A stretch of DNA of 64,000 nucleotides from Candidatus Omnitrophota bacterium (GTDB lineage: Bacteria; Omnitrophota; Gorgyraeia; B26-G9). Numbering within the stretch: the stretch's first letter is position 1; every line of letters begins with the position of its first letter. The notes below the pieces were generated by a model. That model did no database searches, was not told where the DNA came from, and saw only the letters and a program-made list of their open reading frames with translations. The DNA lies in NCBI GenBank assembly GCA_043806135.1, contig JAZDHG010000034.1, forward strand, positions 6,283 to 70,282. The letters run 5' to 3'. Made by a program: the position numbers and the translations under genes. Shown piece by piece: positions 27,313 to 37,778 of this stretch.

Positions 27313-28938
27313 ATGTTTAACAAAAAAATAATATATCTGCTGTTCTTCTTGTGTATAATCATCGCTTCGGCTTTAAGATTATTCACACTTTTTCATACCC
27401 ATCATCTGGATTTTGAGTCCGTATTCCGCATTACCGAGTCCTATCAGTATTCTAAAATAAGCCCCTGGTATCATTTTTGGCACCTGGGTATAATCAGCGG
27501 CGGTACAGGCGGACAACGCGGCTACTACCTTCTCAACTCCTTGTTAATGGCCATTATAAACCAGCCTGACATGGTTGCCCGCTTTAGCAGCATGGTTTTT
27601 GCGGTATTATCAATTATTTTCTATTTTCCGCTTTTAAGGCTGCTGTTTACAAGAGAAATCTCCTTAGCCTCGACATTTGCGCTTGCTTTTTACCATGTTC
27701 ACATTCAGTTAAGTGTTGTACCAATGGCTAATGCCGGATTTATTTTTTTCACGATAATATCCCTTTATTGCCTGCTGCGTTTGTGTTTTTTTAATAGTAC
27801 CGCAAACAGCAGATTTCTGCTTTTCTTAACAGCGTTATTTACCCTGCTGGCGACAAGTTTCAGATTAGAAGCATGGTTACTTGTAATCGCATATCCGATA
27901 ATATTGCTTGTTAAGAAGAAACCGTTAGCGGCAGTTATTTTATTTATTCTTTCATCTTTGTATATTGTAAATACTTTGTACTTAATGCAAAAATGCTTCG
28001 GCAATCCATTTATTTTTCTGCAAAACCCTCTTTTACACATACACGGAGCAAAGACCTCAATGGGATTTTTTGCTCATCCGGATAATCTGCCCTCTTACAG
28101 CAGTTTCCAAGGCCTGATCTGGATAGACACGCTCCGCTATTCGCTTTCAACGCCGCTTTTAATACTGGGCGCAATAGGAATGTTCGGTATCAGAAGCCAT
28201 AAGAAACAGGCGGCTTTCTTTTTCGTATTTTTTTGCTTTTTATTCATGCTCACCTTAAGACAAATAATAAGCAACCATTCGCCGTTTATCCGTTATGTCA
28301 GCATCCTTGCTGTATTCTTTATCCCGTTTATTCTTCAGGGCGCCAGGGATTGCGGTTCGCTAATTTTGAACTGCCTGAAACTTAAAATCACCTGGCGCAG
28401 ACCAGTATTGATGAGTGGAATTTTTGCATCTCTAATATTTTTTGTCTTTGTATCTTCTTCTCACCTGGTAAACGATTTTTATGCCATGCAATATCAGGAT
28501 AGTGTTTACATACTTGATAATTGGATGCTGAAAAATTCTAAATCAGGAGATCTGCTTTTCAGTTCTTTTAACGACCTTGATACCCACGCAGCGGCCATAG
28601 CAAATAAATATGTCGTCAGTAAACCTCTTGATGAGAGAATTTTCATGTCCAGCTTGTATAATTTTTTATATAGCCGAGAGAATGCGATTGACCTGAGCAA
28701 ACAAGCGCCTTTTTTACCAAAAAGCATACAGGATAGTTTTTTCCCGATGTTTGATAATAGAAATATTTTTCTAAATCTAATACGCAGTAGAGAGTACAAA
28801 CAGCAAATCAGCAGGATAGTGTTTCTGTTCAAACCAGCTGATTTTAAATACCTAAAAGCACATCTGCCAAAACTTTTGAAGAAAGTATCATTCTCTTACA
28901 ACGGATTTATGTATTGCGGAATATTACCGGCTTATTGA
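27313..28938 (+). CDS. Polytopic membrane protein, putative GT-C-type glycosyltransferase
   Basis: 541 aa with more than 10 TM helices and no soluble catalytic domain. The GT-C-like topology rests on weak evidence. Confidence 0.35.
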   Translation: MFNKKIIYLLFFLCIIIASALRLFTLFHTHHLDFESVFRITESYQYSKISPWYHFWHLGIISGGTGGQRGYYLLNSLLMAIINQPDMVARFSSMVFAVLSIIFYFPLLRLLFTREISLASTFALAFYHVHIQLSVVPMANAGFIFFTIISLYCLLRLCFFNSTANSRFLLFLTALFTLLATSFRLEAWLLVIAYPIILLVKKKPLAAVILFILSSLYIVNTLYLMQKCFGNPFIFLQNPLLHIHGAKTSMGFFAHPDNLPSYSSFQGLIWIDTLRYSLSTPLLILGAIGMFGIRSHKKQAAFFFVFFCFLFMLTLRQIISNHSPFIRYVSILAVFFIPFILQGARDCGSLILNCLKLKITWRRPVLMSGIFASLIFFVFVSSSHLVNDFYAMQYQDSVYILDNWMLKNSKSGDLLFSSFNDLDTHAAAIANKYVVSKPLDERIFMSSLYNFLYSRENAIDLSKQAPFLPKSIQDSFFPMFDNRNIFLNLIRSREYKQQISRIVFLFKPADFKYLKAHLPKLLKKVSFSYNGFMYCGILPAY

Positions 28939-28957
28939 AAAGCAATTACAGCCGGGT

Positions 28958-30421
28958 TTAAGAATCAGGCAAGAACAAAATCACATCGGCAATGTCTTCA
29001 GCCATAACCTGATATCCCTGCGCACGACAATGGGGATCGTTTCTATCGACAAAAAACATATCATACGGATATCTGCGCAGCAAATCCTTAAATATTGGTC
29101 TGTGATCAACCAGAAAAACTTCATTTGCCACTGCCGCTTCTTTTAGCTTTTCAGAAAGTTCTTGAGGATATCCTGAGAATATTAAAGTGACCCGCCTGTT
29201 TTTGCAGATTCGGGCCATCTCATTTAAATTATCCAGCAGAATCCTATCTATTCTCTGTTTATTATAGATCAGTTCACTGTATAGCGAAAATCCGGTTATT
29301 CTGTCCCATGCTTTCATTAAATTCCTAAGGAAATAGTTCTGATTAAGCCTTTGCATTTTTACCTTGTATTTTGCCAGGTGATACCCGTTAAACGCATTGC
29401 TATCGTCAGTGTCCACAGTGCATGCCTTCCAGTAAAAACGTTTAGCCTGTTCATACTGCTTCTTCTGCATAAAAGATCCAGCAATCCATACGTATGATTT
29501 ACATAGTTTCGCTCTAAGTAAAACGTGATCAGGAAACTGTTCTAAAATACGCTCATAAAATTCAATCGCTTTTCCATAATCTGCCTGTTTAATAAATACA
29601 TCTTCTATTTCATTCAGAATGTTTGTTGCGAGGGGTTTTAAATAAAACGCCCTGAGTAGCATATCAATCGCTTCATCATGTCTACCCTGCAATTTATAAC
29701 AGCGCCCCTTTTCCAATAAGGCGGTTATATTTTCCGGTTCAGCTGCAAGTACATAATTATAAAGTTCATGCGCTTTTTGATACAGATTTTTCGCTCTAAA
29801 CTTGTTTCCTTGAGCGATATTTTTTTCACTATTCTGCTTTTCAGGCAAGGCAGCGCCTGTTTCATGTTTTTTCCCAAAAGAAAAACTCTTATTACTTTTT
29901 ATGAAACTGTTTTTAATATTATGAGTTAGTATAGCCGCCAAACGATATGTTTTAAGTTTTGAGATAAGACTCAACCATTTAACCTCAAGCGATGTCCCGT
30001 TTTTTGATACCTGTCTAAAATTCCAAACATCATTTTTACCAGCCATAACAATTGCAATACGCGGATTAACCGCATTTATAGATTCTTTCAGCTTAAGTAA
30101 AATCTCCGAAGAATTATAGCTGCAAACCCCATGGTTAAATACTTTAAACTCACCCTTCGCCTTGGAATTTTCGTTTAATATTTTTTCAAGCTGGACAGGA
30201 TAGCTTTTTGAAAAATCAGCGCCTAGCCCGTAAGTAAAGGAATCCCCCAGGCAAAGGACTCGACAAGAATCATCACTTAATCGCGCATAATTGTCTACCT
30301 TAAACTTCTTCGCATAAATACCGCTTGTTATTTGCAGGGAAAGTTCCAATAAAATTAAAACTAAAATAAAACTTAAAAAAACAAGCAATATGCGCTTTCC
30401 AGCTGTATTTTTAAATCTCAT
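28958..30421 (-). CDS. SGNH/GDSL hydrolase-family protein with internal TPR repeats
   Basis: CLGDSFTYGLG (GDSx block I) and AGKNDVWN (block III), TPR-like repeats mid-protein, and an N-terminal TM anchor. Confidence 0.55.
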   Translation of the reverse strand: MRFKNTAGKRILLVFLSFILVLILLELSLQITSGIYAKKFKVDNYARLSDDSCRVLCLGDSFTYGLGADFSKSYPVQLEKILNENSKAKGEFKVFNHGVCSYNSSEILLKLKESINAVNPRIAIVMAGKNDVWNFRQVSKNGTSLEVKWLSLISKLKTYRLAAILTHNIKNSFIKSNKSFSFGKKHETGAALPEKQNSEKNIAQGNKFRAKNLYQKAHELYNYVLAAEPENITALLEKGRCYKLQGRHDEAIDMLLRAFYLKPLATNILNEIEDVFIKQADYGKAIEFYERILEQFPDHVLLRAKLCKSYVWIAGSFMQKKQYEQAKRFYWKACTVDTDDSNAFNGYHLAKYKVKMQRLNQNYFLRNLMKAWDRITGFSLYSELIYNKQRIDRILLDNLNEMARICKNRRVTLIFSGYPQELSEKLKEAAVANEVFLVDHRPIFKDLLRRYPYDMFFVDRNDPHCRAQGYQVMAEDIADVILFLPDS

Positions 30422-30432
30422 AAAGGAACTCT

Positions 30433-31152
30433 TTATCCATCGGATATTGGTTTTCGCAAAACAGTAAAGGAAAAACTGGTCAGATACGCATTGGGAAAGC
30501 GCATTAAAAACCTTGTCGTCAGTTTATGCAGATCTCTTAATACCGGGATTTTTTTATAGTATTCATGCCCGAAAAACCCCCTGTATTCAATTATTTCAAA
30601 ACCGATCTTTTCAAGGTTATTGATCTGTTTTTTTATAGGACCGCGGCACCAGTTATAATGGGCAGAGAATCTTTTATGTTCGACTGGGTCGTTGCGCACA
30701 AAGAGATTAAAAATAAACTTCGCCAGAAACTCAGGCACAAACCGGTTGATAACAAAGGGCGGCGAATACAGCGTGGGGAAAAAGTGAAAAGCAATTCCGC
30801 CCGGCTTAAGCAGATTATATACATTGGTGTGAAAGATCTTAGCATCAAGCACATGTTCAGCAAGCATTTTAGAAAATATTAAGTCATATTTTTGCTCACC
30901 TTTAAGATCCGGATCGCAAATATCTGCCTCGACTTTTAAGTATTCTAAAGGCGCACGCTCAAGCTCAGCACGGGAGATATCCAAAACAGTATATTCAAGG
31001 TTCTGTTGTTCCTTTATCTGTTCAAGCGATAAAGCCGGAAATGCCCCGCCTCCTATCTCACAAACATGCTTTAGGCCATTATCTTTTATAAGCTCATTAA
31101 GACGGCTTAAATATTGCGGCCATGGGTCACTGGCATCAAAAATTATTTTCAC
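30433..31152 (-). CDS. Class I SAM-dependent methyltransferase
   Basis: VCEIGGGAFP glycine-rich SAM motif I plus LKPGGIAF motif. Confidence 0.65.
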   Translation of the reverse strand: MKIIFDASDPWPQYLSRLNELIKDNGLKHVCEIGGGAFPALSLEQIKEQQNLEYTVLDISRAELERAPLEYLKVEADICDPDLKGEQKYDLIFSKMLAEHVLDAKIFHTNVYNLLKPGGIAFHFFPTLYSPPFVINRFVPEFLAKFIFNLFVRNDPVEHKRFSAHYNWCRGPIKKQINNLEKIGFEIIEYRGFFGHEYYKKIPVLRDLHKLTTRFLMRFPNAYLTSFSFTVLRKPISDG

Positions 31153-31174
31153 TATTTTTCTCCTGGTGAAAATG

Positions 31175-32314
31175 TTAGCGCACTTTTTTCCAAAAAGGTT
31201 TTTGCCTCATAAACATGCCCTCAATGGTGCCGATCAAAAAAGCATAGTTAAAAACAACAAAGAAAAAAGGCATCCTGAGAACTTTTTGGAATTTATTATC
31301 GGCTTTTTTAATAAAAATACCGCTAAACAAAGCTAAAACATAAAACCACAACTGCATATATAAAACTGCCTGATAAAAAATATGTTCTGTAGATAATTTA
31401 AAGGAGCTGATAAATAGCAAAATCAAAAAATATGGAGAAAACCATCTGAAAAGCTTGTTAGAAATAACCTGGAACATAAGAAACCAGCGGAATTTGAGCA
31501 GCATTTGCCAAAGCAGGATAAAAGAGCTTTTGAAAAACCAGGAGACGATCCTTCTTTTCCTGCGGATTTCCGCTAAAAAATCGGTTGAGGCTTTTTCGTA
31601 TGATATGGCCTCAGGTTCAAACACCATGGCAAAGCCTTTGATACGGATACTTATAGCCAGCTCAAAATCATCCCCTCTATCAGGAGTGATGGGAAAATAT
31701 AATTCTTTTCTGATAGCCAGCATGGATCCGTCGGCACCGACTATGGCAAGCTGATTTGTATTGGCTCGTCTTAGCATACTCTCGTATTTTTTAAAAATCG
31801 ATTCCCCCTCACTTATTGAGGATTTATCCGGATTGGTTATAATCAGGTTTCCCAAAACCCCTCCGATACGCTTATCATTAAAATTCCGCACAAGCTTTTT
31901 TATAGCCTGCGGATCATAAATCGCATTGGCATCTGAGAACAATATTATCTGCCCTTTAGTTTTGGGAACAACCCCATAAAGCATCCTGCTTTTTCCTCTG
32001 CGTTCTTTAAAGCTGTAAAGCACCACTCCTTTGTCATTAAACTTTCGCACAATATCATTAGTCCCGTCATTTGATTCAGATACGACTACGATCTCAAGAG
32101 AATCTTTAGGATAATCAAGGCCAAGGGAATTCTCCAGTTTCTGGGCTATCACGTCTTGCTCGTTATAAGCCGGTATTAATAATGTGACTATCGGAAAAAT
32201 TTCTTTTTTATCTATCTTTTTGGCGAAGATTTTTCCAAGTAAGATACTCAACCCCAGATATCCGAAATAAGTATAAAACAAAGATATCAAAGAAAAATAA
32301 AATAATATTCTCAT
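31175..32314 (-). CDS. Family-2 glycosyltransferase (membrane-anchored)
   Basis: LLIPAYNEQDVI GT-A N-terminal motif, a DxD region, and N- and C-terminal TM helices. Confidence 0.7.
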   Translation of the reverse strand: MRILFYFSLISLFYTYFGYLGLSILLGKIFAKKIDKKEIFPIVTLLIPAYNEQDVIAQKLENSLGLDYPKDSLEIVVVSESNDGTNDIVRKFNDKGVVLYSFKERRGKSRMLYGVVPKTKGQIILFSDANAIYDPQAIKKLVRNFNDKRIGGVLGNLIITNPDKSSISEGESIFKKYESMLRRANTNQLAIVGADGSMLAIRKELYFPITPDRGDDFELAISIRIKGFAMVFEPEAISYEKASTDFLAEIRRKRRIVSWFFKSSFILLWQMLLKFRWFLMFQVISNKLFRWFSPYFLILLFISSFKLSTEHIFYQAVLYMQLWFYVLALFSGIFIKKADNKFQKVLRMPFFFVVFNYAFLIGTIEGMFMRQKPFWKKVR

Positions 32315-32535
32315 TTAGGTTCTTCCTTAATTAATGTGAGCAATGAGTCTGGGAACACCTATTTTTACTCATTCTCGTTTTACATCCTGTAAAACTCCGA
32401 GGAAAATCAAAATTTTGCTCATCCTTGGCAAAATGTTAATTTAAATCCGCAAAAAAAGTTGTTCCCAGCCTTATTTGTTCAAGCTGATCATTGATAATGC
32501 CAAAAACTATGCACGTTTATTTGTATACTCAACAG

Positions 32536-33990
32536 CTACTTCTTAAAACTTCCTCTTAATAAAAATTTTTTAAATCTATACATGGACATAATTGTCCGTT
32601 TTGCCTCAACAGGATTCAATATAATCTGTTTTATCTTGTACCAAAGGTATCGGAAACTAAGGTAATAATTCCTGCGGCTTGCGTCGCACCATTGCACAAG
32701 CTGTTTGGAGCTCAAATTAGGCAGATCTAAAACACAGTTATGCAATCCTTCTTTGGTAAGCCAATCTGAAAAATCATTACTCTTAAGAATATTATTCTCT
32801 TTTGCCCAATCATAGGCCCTGGTGCCCGGATAAGCCATCAACGGAAAAAACTGTACAGTATCCGGCATAAAGCGTTTGGCCATGGCAAATGTTTTGTCTA
32901 AAGTCTCTTGCGTTTCACCCGGGTTGCCGGCCATAAAGGCCGCATGCAGGAGTAATCCGGCCTTTTTGGTATCTTTAAAAAACTCCTCCTGACGCTCTGA
33001 CTGTGCGCCTTTATCAATATTATCCAATATCTGCTGGTCAGCGCTTTCAAAACCGATAATGATCAGGCGGCATCCGGCTTTTTTCATCAGCTTCATGGTA
33101 TCCAAGTCTAAATCCGCGCGCACATTGGCATTCCACTTGAGCTTAATATTTTTTTGAATAAGCAGCTCGCATATCCGGCGTACCCGGTTTTTATCAACAG
33201 AAAAGGTGTCATCTTCAATAACCACTTCTCTTACTTCAGGCAGGTTCTCCTGAACATAGATAAATTCATCGACAACATTTTCCGGGCTTCTTGTTCTGTA
33301 AGTATTGCCGTGTATAGTCTGCGGATAAACGCAAAAAAAACATCTAAAAGGGCACCCTCGTGCTGTAAATATCTGCACCATGGGGTAATCCGAGGCGGCA
33401 AAGAAATAATTCTTGATATTTAAATGTTTTTTATACACACTGCTTACAAAAGGGAGATCATCAAGCTCCTTTATTTTAGGCCGTTCTTCATTATTAATAA
33501 TTTTCCCGTTTTTACGGAAGGTTATTCCTAATACTGTATTCAAATCCCCCTTTTCCTGCAAAGTTTTAGCCAGATCAGCAACAGTATAATCATATTCCCC
33601 TCGGGCGACTGCATCGATATTTTCATCTAACGCAAGCGATTCTTCCGGCATTGCCGATACATGCGTTCCCACAAGCGTAATAAAACTATCCGCAAGCATT
33701 TTCTTTAAAGCTGCTGAAAAAGACACATCATTATAAATACTCGGTGTAGAAGTATCTACAACGATCAGTCCCGGATTAAAATCAAGCGCAATTCTCATAA
33801 CCTGATCTTTGTTAATACCCTGTGCAGGTGCATCGATCAGTTTCACATCAAAGCCGCGCTGCTCTAATACACCCGCAGCATAGGCAAGCCATACCGGATA
33901 ATACAAGGTTCCGCTTTTAGTAACCGCAGGGCTTCTCTGCGAGCGGGAAAACCGGGGTAAAAAAGGCGGATTTAAAAGCAGTACTTTCAT
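32536..33990 (-). CDS. B12-binding-domain radical SAM enzyme (class B)
   Basis: N-terminal KVLLLNPP... cobalamin-binding Rossmann domain, radical-SAM cysteine triad CPFRCFFC (CxxxCxxC). 484 aa. Confidence 0.8.
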   Translation of the reverse strand: MKVLLLNPPFLPRFSRSQRSPAVTKSGTLYYPVWLAYAAGVLEQRGFDVKLIDAPAQGINKDQVMRIALDFNPGLIVVDTSTPSIYNDVSFSAALKKMLADSFITLVGTHVSAMPEESLALDENIDAVARGEYDYTVADLAKTLQEKGDLNTVLGITFRKNGKIINNEERPKIKELDDLPFVSSVYKKHLNIKNYFFAASDYPMVQIFTARGCPFRCFFCVYPQTIHGNTYRTRSPENVVDEFIYVQENLPEVREVVIEDDTFSVDKNRVRRICELLIQKNIKLKWNANVRADLDLDTMKLMKKAGCRLIIIGFESADQQILDNIDKGAQSERQEEFFKDTKKAGLLLHAAFMAGNPGETQETLDKTFAMAKRFMPDTVQFFPLMAYPGTRAYDWAKENNILKSNDFSDWLTKEGLHNCVLDLPNLSSKQLVQWCDASRRNYYLSFRYLWYKIKQIILNPVEAKRTIMSMYRFKKFLLRGSFKK

Positions 33991-34004
33991 CCTGTTCTCC
34001 TGGT

Positions 34005-34372
34005 ATAATCCGCATACATAAGCTGGATTATACCTGATTACAACGATTATTAAAAGATTACAAAGATTAAACCATTAATCTCCGCACTTGGCAGCTTTTA
34101 TTGCCAAAGTTTATTAATAGCCCAACATTATATCCTGATGCTTTTAGACACGATATAAACTGAACTCCAAATACAACAGGAATATTGCGAGCTATGACCT
34201 TAAATTTAACACGCTCCACCTATCTCCCACAGCCCACCGCGTAGGTGGGATGTAGGTGGGAAGTGGCATTGTGCAGGAGATTATTTTTTCAGTGGAGGGA
34301 TCTCTCTCCTTAATCACTGTAATCTCCCCTCTAATCTATGCGATCAAGACATCCTGCTACCTTCCCGTCATA
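34005..34372 (-). pseudogene. Decayed GxxExxY cassette (copy B). Start and C-terminal regions are retained, and the central ~270 bp is replaced by ~110 bp carrying a REP-like palindrome.
   Basis: 34295-34370 aligns to 6721-6796 with the start codon changed from ATG to GTG, and 33991-34180 aligns to 6296-6480. The middle segment (34221-34262) contains a tcccac..cccacc-gcgta-ggtggg..gtgggaa nested inverted repeat. It overlaps the 3' end of the following radical SAM gene by about 15 bp. Confidence 0.55.
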
Positions 34373-35868
34373 GGATGTCTTAACATTTTTCTAACAGTCC
34401 CTTTAAACATATTAATAACATAAGACGGATCCTGAACAAAACGCTTTATTACTTTTACGTAAAAAGCGTGGGGATCTCTGAAAACAAGCATCATAAGAAA
34501 AACAAGCTTTTCTCTGGAAACCATTTTTTCAAGCTCAGCCGGAGTAAATTCAGGTGTAGATATCACTCCTTTTTTAACACCCAGAGAATTAATTTGAAAA
34601 TCTTTTACCAAGTAATTACCGTTAACGCACACATCATATAACCGCGTACCCGGATAAGGAGTCGCGATATAGTAAAGGACATTACTGACTTTTAAACCGC
34701 GGCCGAATTTAAATGTCTTCTTTATCTGCTCTTTAGTTTCCCCGGGAAACCCGATCACAAAGAAGGCGTCTGTTTCAAAACCGTATTTATGCGCAAGTGT
34801 TATCAAATGCTCGGCTTTTTTCAGGTCTAAGGGCTTGTTTATTATTTTATGCAGAACATCCTGATCTCCTGATTCAATGGCAAGACAAAGCCGGTAGCAG
34901 CCGCTTTCCTTCATTTTAAGCAGCATTGCCTCATCCATAGCCCATAGAGCAACACCGTTTGGCGTAGTCCAGAGCATTTCCAAATTAACTGAAATCATCA
35001 AATCGAAAATTTTCAGAGCCCGCTTTTTATCAAAGGTGAGGTTATCATCTTCAAACTGTATTTCCTTTACCCCATACTCTTGTTTTAAATGCTTTATTTC
35101 TTGAATTACATTCTCAGGAGACCTTGCCCTGAATTTCTTACCCCAAATAGGATGAATCGCGCAAAAAATACACTCAGCCGGACAACCGCGTGATGTGATC
35201 ATGGGTGTATTCGGAGAACGCCTGGTTGTTACGCCATGCGGCATATTGATTTTAAAATACTTTTCCATATTCAGTAAATGCCGGGCCGGAAACGGAAGTT
35301 CGTCCAAATTTTCAATAAATGTTGTTTTTTTGTTAATAATTATATCCTTGTTCTTTCGATAGCCAATGCCATCCACAAGGGAAAGATCCTTTCCCTCTTT
35401 TACGTGATCTAAAAGCTTAAGAACAGTATATTCACCTTCTCCCAACACCACATAATCAATATTTTCATCACCCAGCACCTGCTCTGCCTGAACACTCGGA
35501 TGAGCTCCGCCCATTATGGTTATCATTGCCTTGTTTACCTGTTTAGCCAGCTGTGCGACCTTATGAGCATTATGCGCCTGCATGGAAAACAAACAGGAAA
35601 TTCCTACAACATCAGGATTATACTCTAAAATTGCCTTTTCTATTTCCTTAAATGATAAACCATAGCGAAAGCGGTCTTTTCCCTCAAGGATTTGCGTATG
35701 CCAACCCTCAACTACGGCATCCAGGATCTTCACCTCATAATTACCCTCTAAAACAGCGGCAATATAGCCAAGCCCTAAAGGCGGCTGTATTTCTTTGGTG
35801 TAGCTTTTGGAAATAGTGCACGGGGGCTGGATTAATAGAATTTTTTTTATTTTTGTTTTTTGAATCAT
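34357..35868 (-). CDS. B12-binding-domain radical SAM enzyme (class B)
   Basis: KKILLIQPP N-terminus, CPAECIFC radical-SAM motif. The block SRGCP..C.FC...SPENV..EIK.L..E....I.FEDDNLTF.KKR is near-identical to that of the 45092-46573 paralog. Confidence 0.8.
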   Translation of the reverse strand: MIQKTKIKKILLIQPPCTISKSYTKEIQPPLGLGYIAAVLEGNYEVKILDAVVEGWHTQILEGKDRFRYGLSFKEIEKAILEYNPDVVGISCLFSMQAHNAHKVAQLAKQVNKAMITIMGGAHPSVQAEQVLGDENIDYVVLGEGEYTVLKLLDHVKEGKDLSLVDGIGYRKNKDIIINKKTTFIENLDELPFPARHLLNMEKYFKINMPHGVTTRRSPNTPMITSRGCPAECIFCAIHPIWGKKFRARSPENVIQEIKHLKQEYGVKEIQFEDDNLTFDKKRALKIFDLMISVNLEMLWTTPNGVALWAMDEAMLLKMKESGCYRLCLAIESGDQDVLHKIINKPLDLKKAEHLITLAHKYGFETDAFFVIGFPGETKEQIKKTFKFGRGLKVSNVLYYIATPYPGTRLYDVCVNGNYLVKDFQINSLGVKKGVISTPEFTPAELEKMVSREKLVFLMMLVFRDPHAFYVKVIKRFVQDPSYVINMFKGTVRKMLRHPMTGR

Positions 35869-36632
35869 AAATACTGGTTCCCTTTTGAAGCCGGCTCAAG
35901 TAAAACCATCAGTGAGCAATTACCCAAGAATCTTGCTGTAAATTGCGGGAAGAATTTAAAGAATACTTTCCTCAAAGGCTGGGCTATTAACCTTCTGGGC
36001 AAACTTTTTAGTTTATAATCCGCGCTGACATCAGAACACGTTAGAATCATGTTCTTTATATTAAAACCGCAATCATTAAACAGATCAAGTGCGCTATTTT
36101 TATTATAAAAATTCAAGTGTCCAACTGTATCGGTAAAATGTTTTTTTAGCCCCCTGATATTTACCTCAAAATTATCCTCAAGCGGTAAATGGCAGATCGC
36201 ATAATCACAAACTTCCCTGATCTTTTGCAAAAAAGCCGCCGGATCTTCCATGTGCTCAAGGATATCGATCAAAAGAGCCACAGAAATCCGGTTCTTGTTT
36301 TCCTTATAATTTTTTGCATCAAAATAAGTACAACGAAAATCAGCTTGAGGAAAATTATCCTTAGCCCTGCCGATAATCTCTGAAGAGATATCATAACCAA
36401 TAGGATTTACTGCGATATTTTTAATTTTCAAATATTCGAATACGCGTTTGAGTATTTCAGCCGTGCCGCAGCCGATATCTATAAGGTCGACCTCTGGTTT
36501 TAGTTTTTTCAGAAAATCATCGTTCATCAGGATAATAATCTTCTGGGCCTTCCACTTTGCGTCCTCTTTATGCCAGGAGGGATTTTTCAGGCTATAATCC
36601 CCGCTGTTATACATACTCTTATCTTTGCTCAT
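35865..36632 (-). CDS. Class I SAM-dependent methyltransferase
   Basis: DIGCGTAEIL motif I. 4-nt overlap with the downstream radical SAM gene. Confidence 0.65.
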   Translation of the reverse strand: MSKDKSMYNSGDYSLKNPSWHKEDAKWKAQKIIILMNDDFLKKLKPEVDLIDIGCGTAEILKRVFEYLKIKNIAVNPIGYDISSEIIGRAKDNFPQADFRCTYFDAKNYKENKNRISVALLIDILEHMEDPAAFLQKIREVCDYAICHLPLEDNFEVNIRGLKKHFTDTVGHLNFYNKNSALDLFNDCGFNIKNMILTCSDVSADYKLKSLPRRLIAQPLRKVFFKFFPQFTARFLGNCSLMVLLEPASKGNQYL

Positions 36633-37774
36633 AACACACCTTCAATAATACTTTTTATCTTAATAAGGTAATCCTTATGGTTAAACCGTTCTTTTATCTT
36701 CTTCTGGGCATTACCCGCAAGCTTCATCCGCTCATTGTTGTTTTCCATCAACTGCAGCATTTTTTCCGAAAGCTCATGATAATCACAGGCACTATAAAGC
36801 AATCCATCAACGCCTTGCTTTATTATTTCCGCCGGACCGCCGAAATTCGTAGCAATGACCGCAGGGCCTGAGGCCATGGCCTGAAGTAAAGATGTCGGAC
36901 ATGGATCAGGTTTTTTAGAAGCAATAACAAAGATATCGGTTTCACGCATTATATCCGGGACATCATTTCTGTAGCCGGTGAATATAACATTTTTTTCAAG
37001 GCCCAATTCCTGCACCATATCCATCAGATACTGTTTATAGCTCTGTCCCTTTCCTTCATAAAGCACATCACCGACTATAAGAAGTTTTACATTAGGAACG
37101 CTCTCCACAACTATTTGCGCCGCTCTGATAAAGTCATCTGCACATTTCCACTCGACAAGCAAACCAACCATGGAAATAACGATATTATCTGATATACCGA
37201 AACTTTTTCTTATAGGACCTAACCTGTTGCCGGGATGATAGACTTGCTCATCAATACAATTATACAAGATTTTAGTTTTCGTCCATAGAGCAGCCAGGGG
37301 AAGCCTTGCCGCCTCAGATACGACTATTACTTTTTTTACTATTGGGTTGCGTCCGAAATAATCACACAGTCTCCTGGATATACCCTTATCAAAAATGCTG
37401 TGCACATGCCAGATAAGAGGTATTTTTTTTATTGACGCGGCAATAGTAGCAAAAACAAAGGTACGCGCGGCATTGGCATAGATCAGGTCAGGTTTTTCTT
37501 TGCTCATGATTGAACATAGCCTTAAGGTAAGCCAAGGAAGTCGTATCATATAGCCTAAGACATCCCCAAGAGTCTTTTTACCAAGAGAATAATATCCGAG
37601 CGGCAATTTCCGGTAAGTGATATTGCGGCTATCAAGCTCTTTTGTCAATTCGCCTTTTCCCGGGACAACTACACAGAAATCATAATCATTTTTTAAACCG
37701 TCAATCAATGAAAGCAATACTTTCTGTCCACCGGAAACTTTGGCGTATTGTTCTAAGAATAGAATTTTTCTCAT
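36629..37774 (-). CDS. Family-4 (GT-B) glycosyltransferase
   Basis: C-terminal GT4 signature with acidic E..E-type residues (..IFVIASKKPDPCPTSLLQAMASGPAVIATNFGG..). Confidence 0.7.
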   Translation of the reverse strand: MRKILFLEQYAKVSGGQKVLLSLIDGLKNDYDFCVVVPGKGELTKELDSRNITYRKLPLGYYSLGKKTLGDVLGYMIRLPWLTLRLCSIMSKEKPDLIYANAARTFVFATIAASIKKIPLIWHVHSIFDKGISRRLCDYFGRNPIVKKVIVVSEAARLPLAALWTKTKILYNCIDEQVYHPGNRLGPIRKSFGISDNIVISMVGLLVEWKCADDFIRAAQIVVESVPNVKLLIVGDVLYEGKGQSYKQYLMDMVQELGLEKNVIFTGYRNDVPDIMRETDIFVIASKKPDPCPTSLLQAMASGPAVIATNFGGPAEIIKQGVDGLLYSACDYHELSEKMLQLMENNNERMKLAGNAQKKIKERFNHKDYLIKIKSIIEGVL

Positions 37775-37778
37775 TTTT

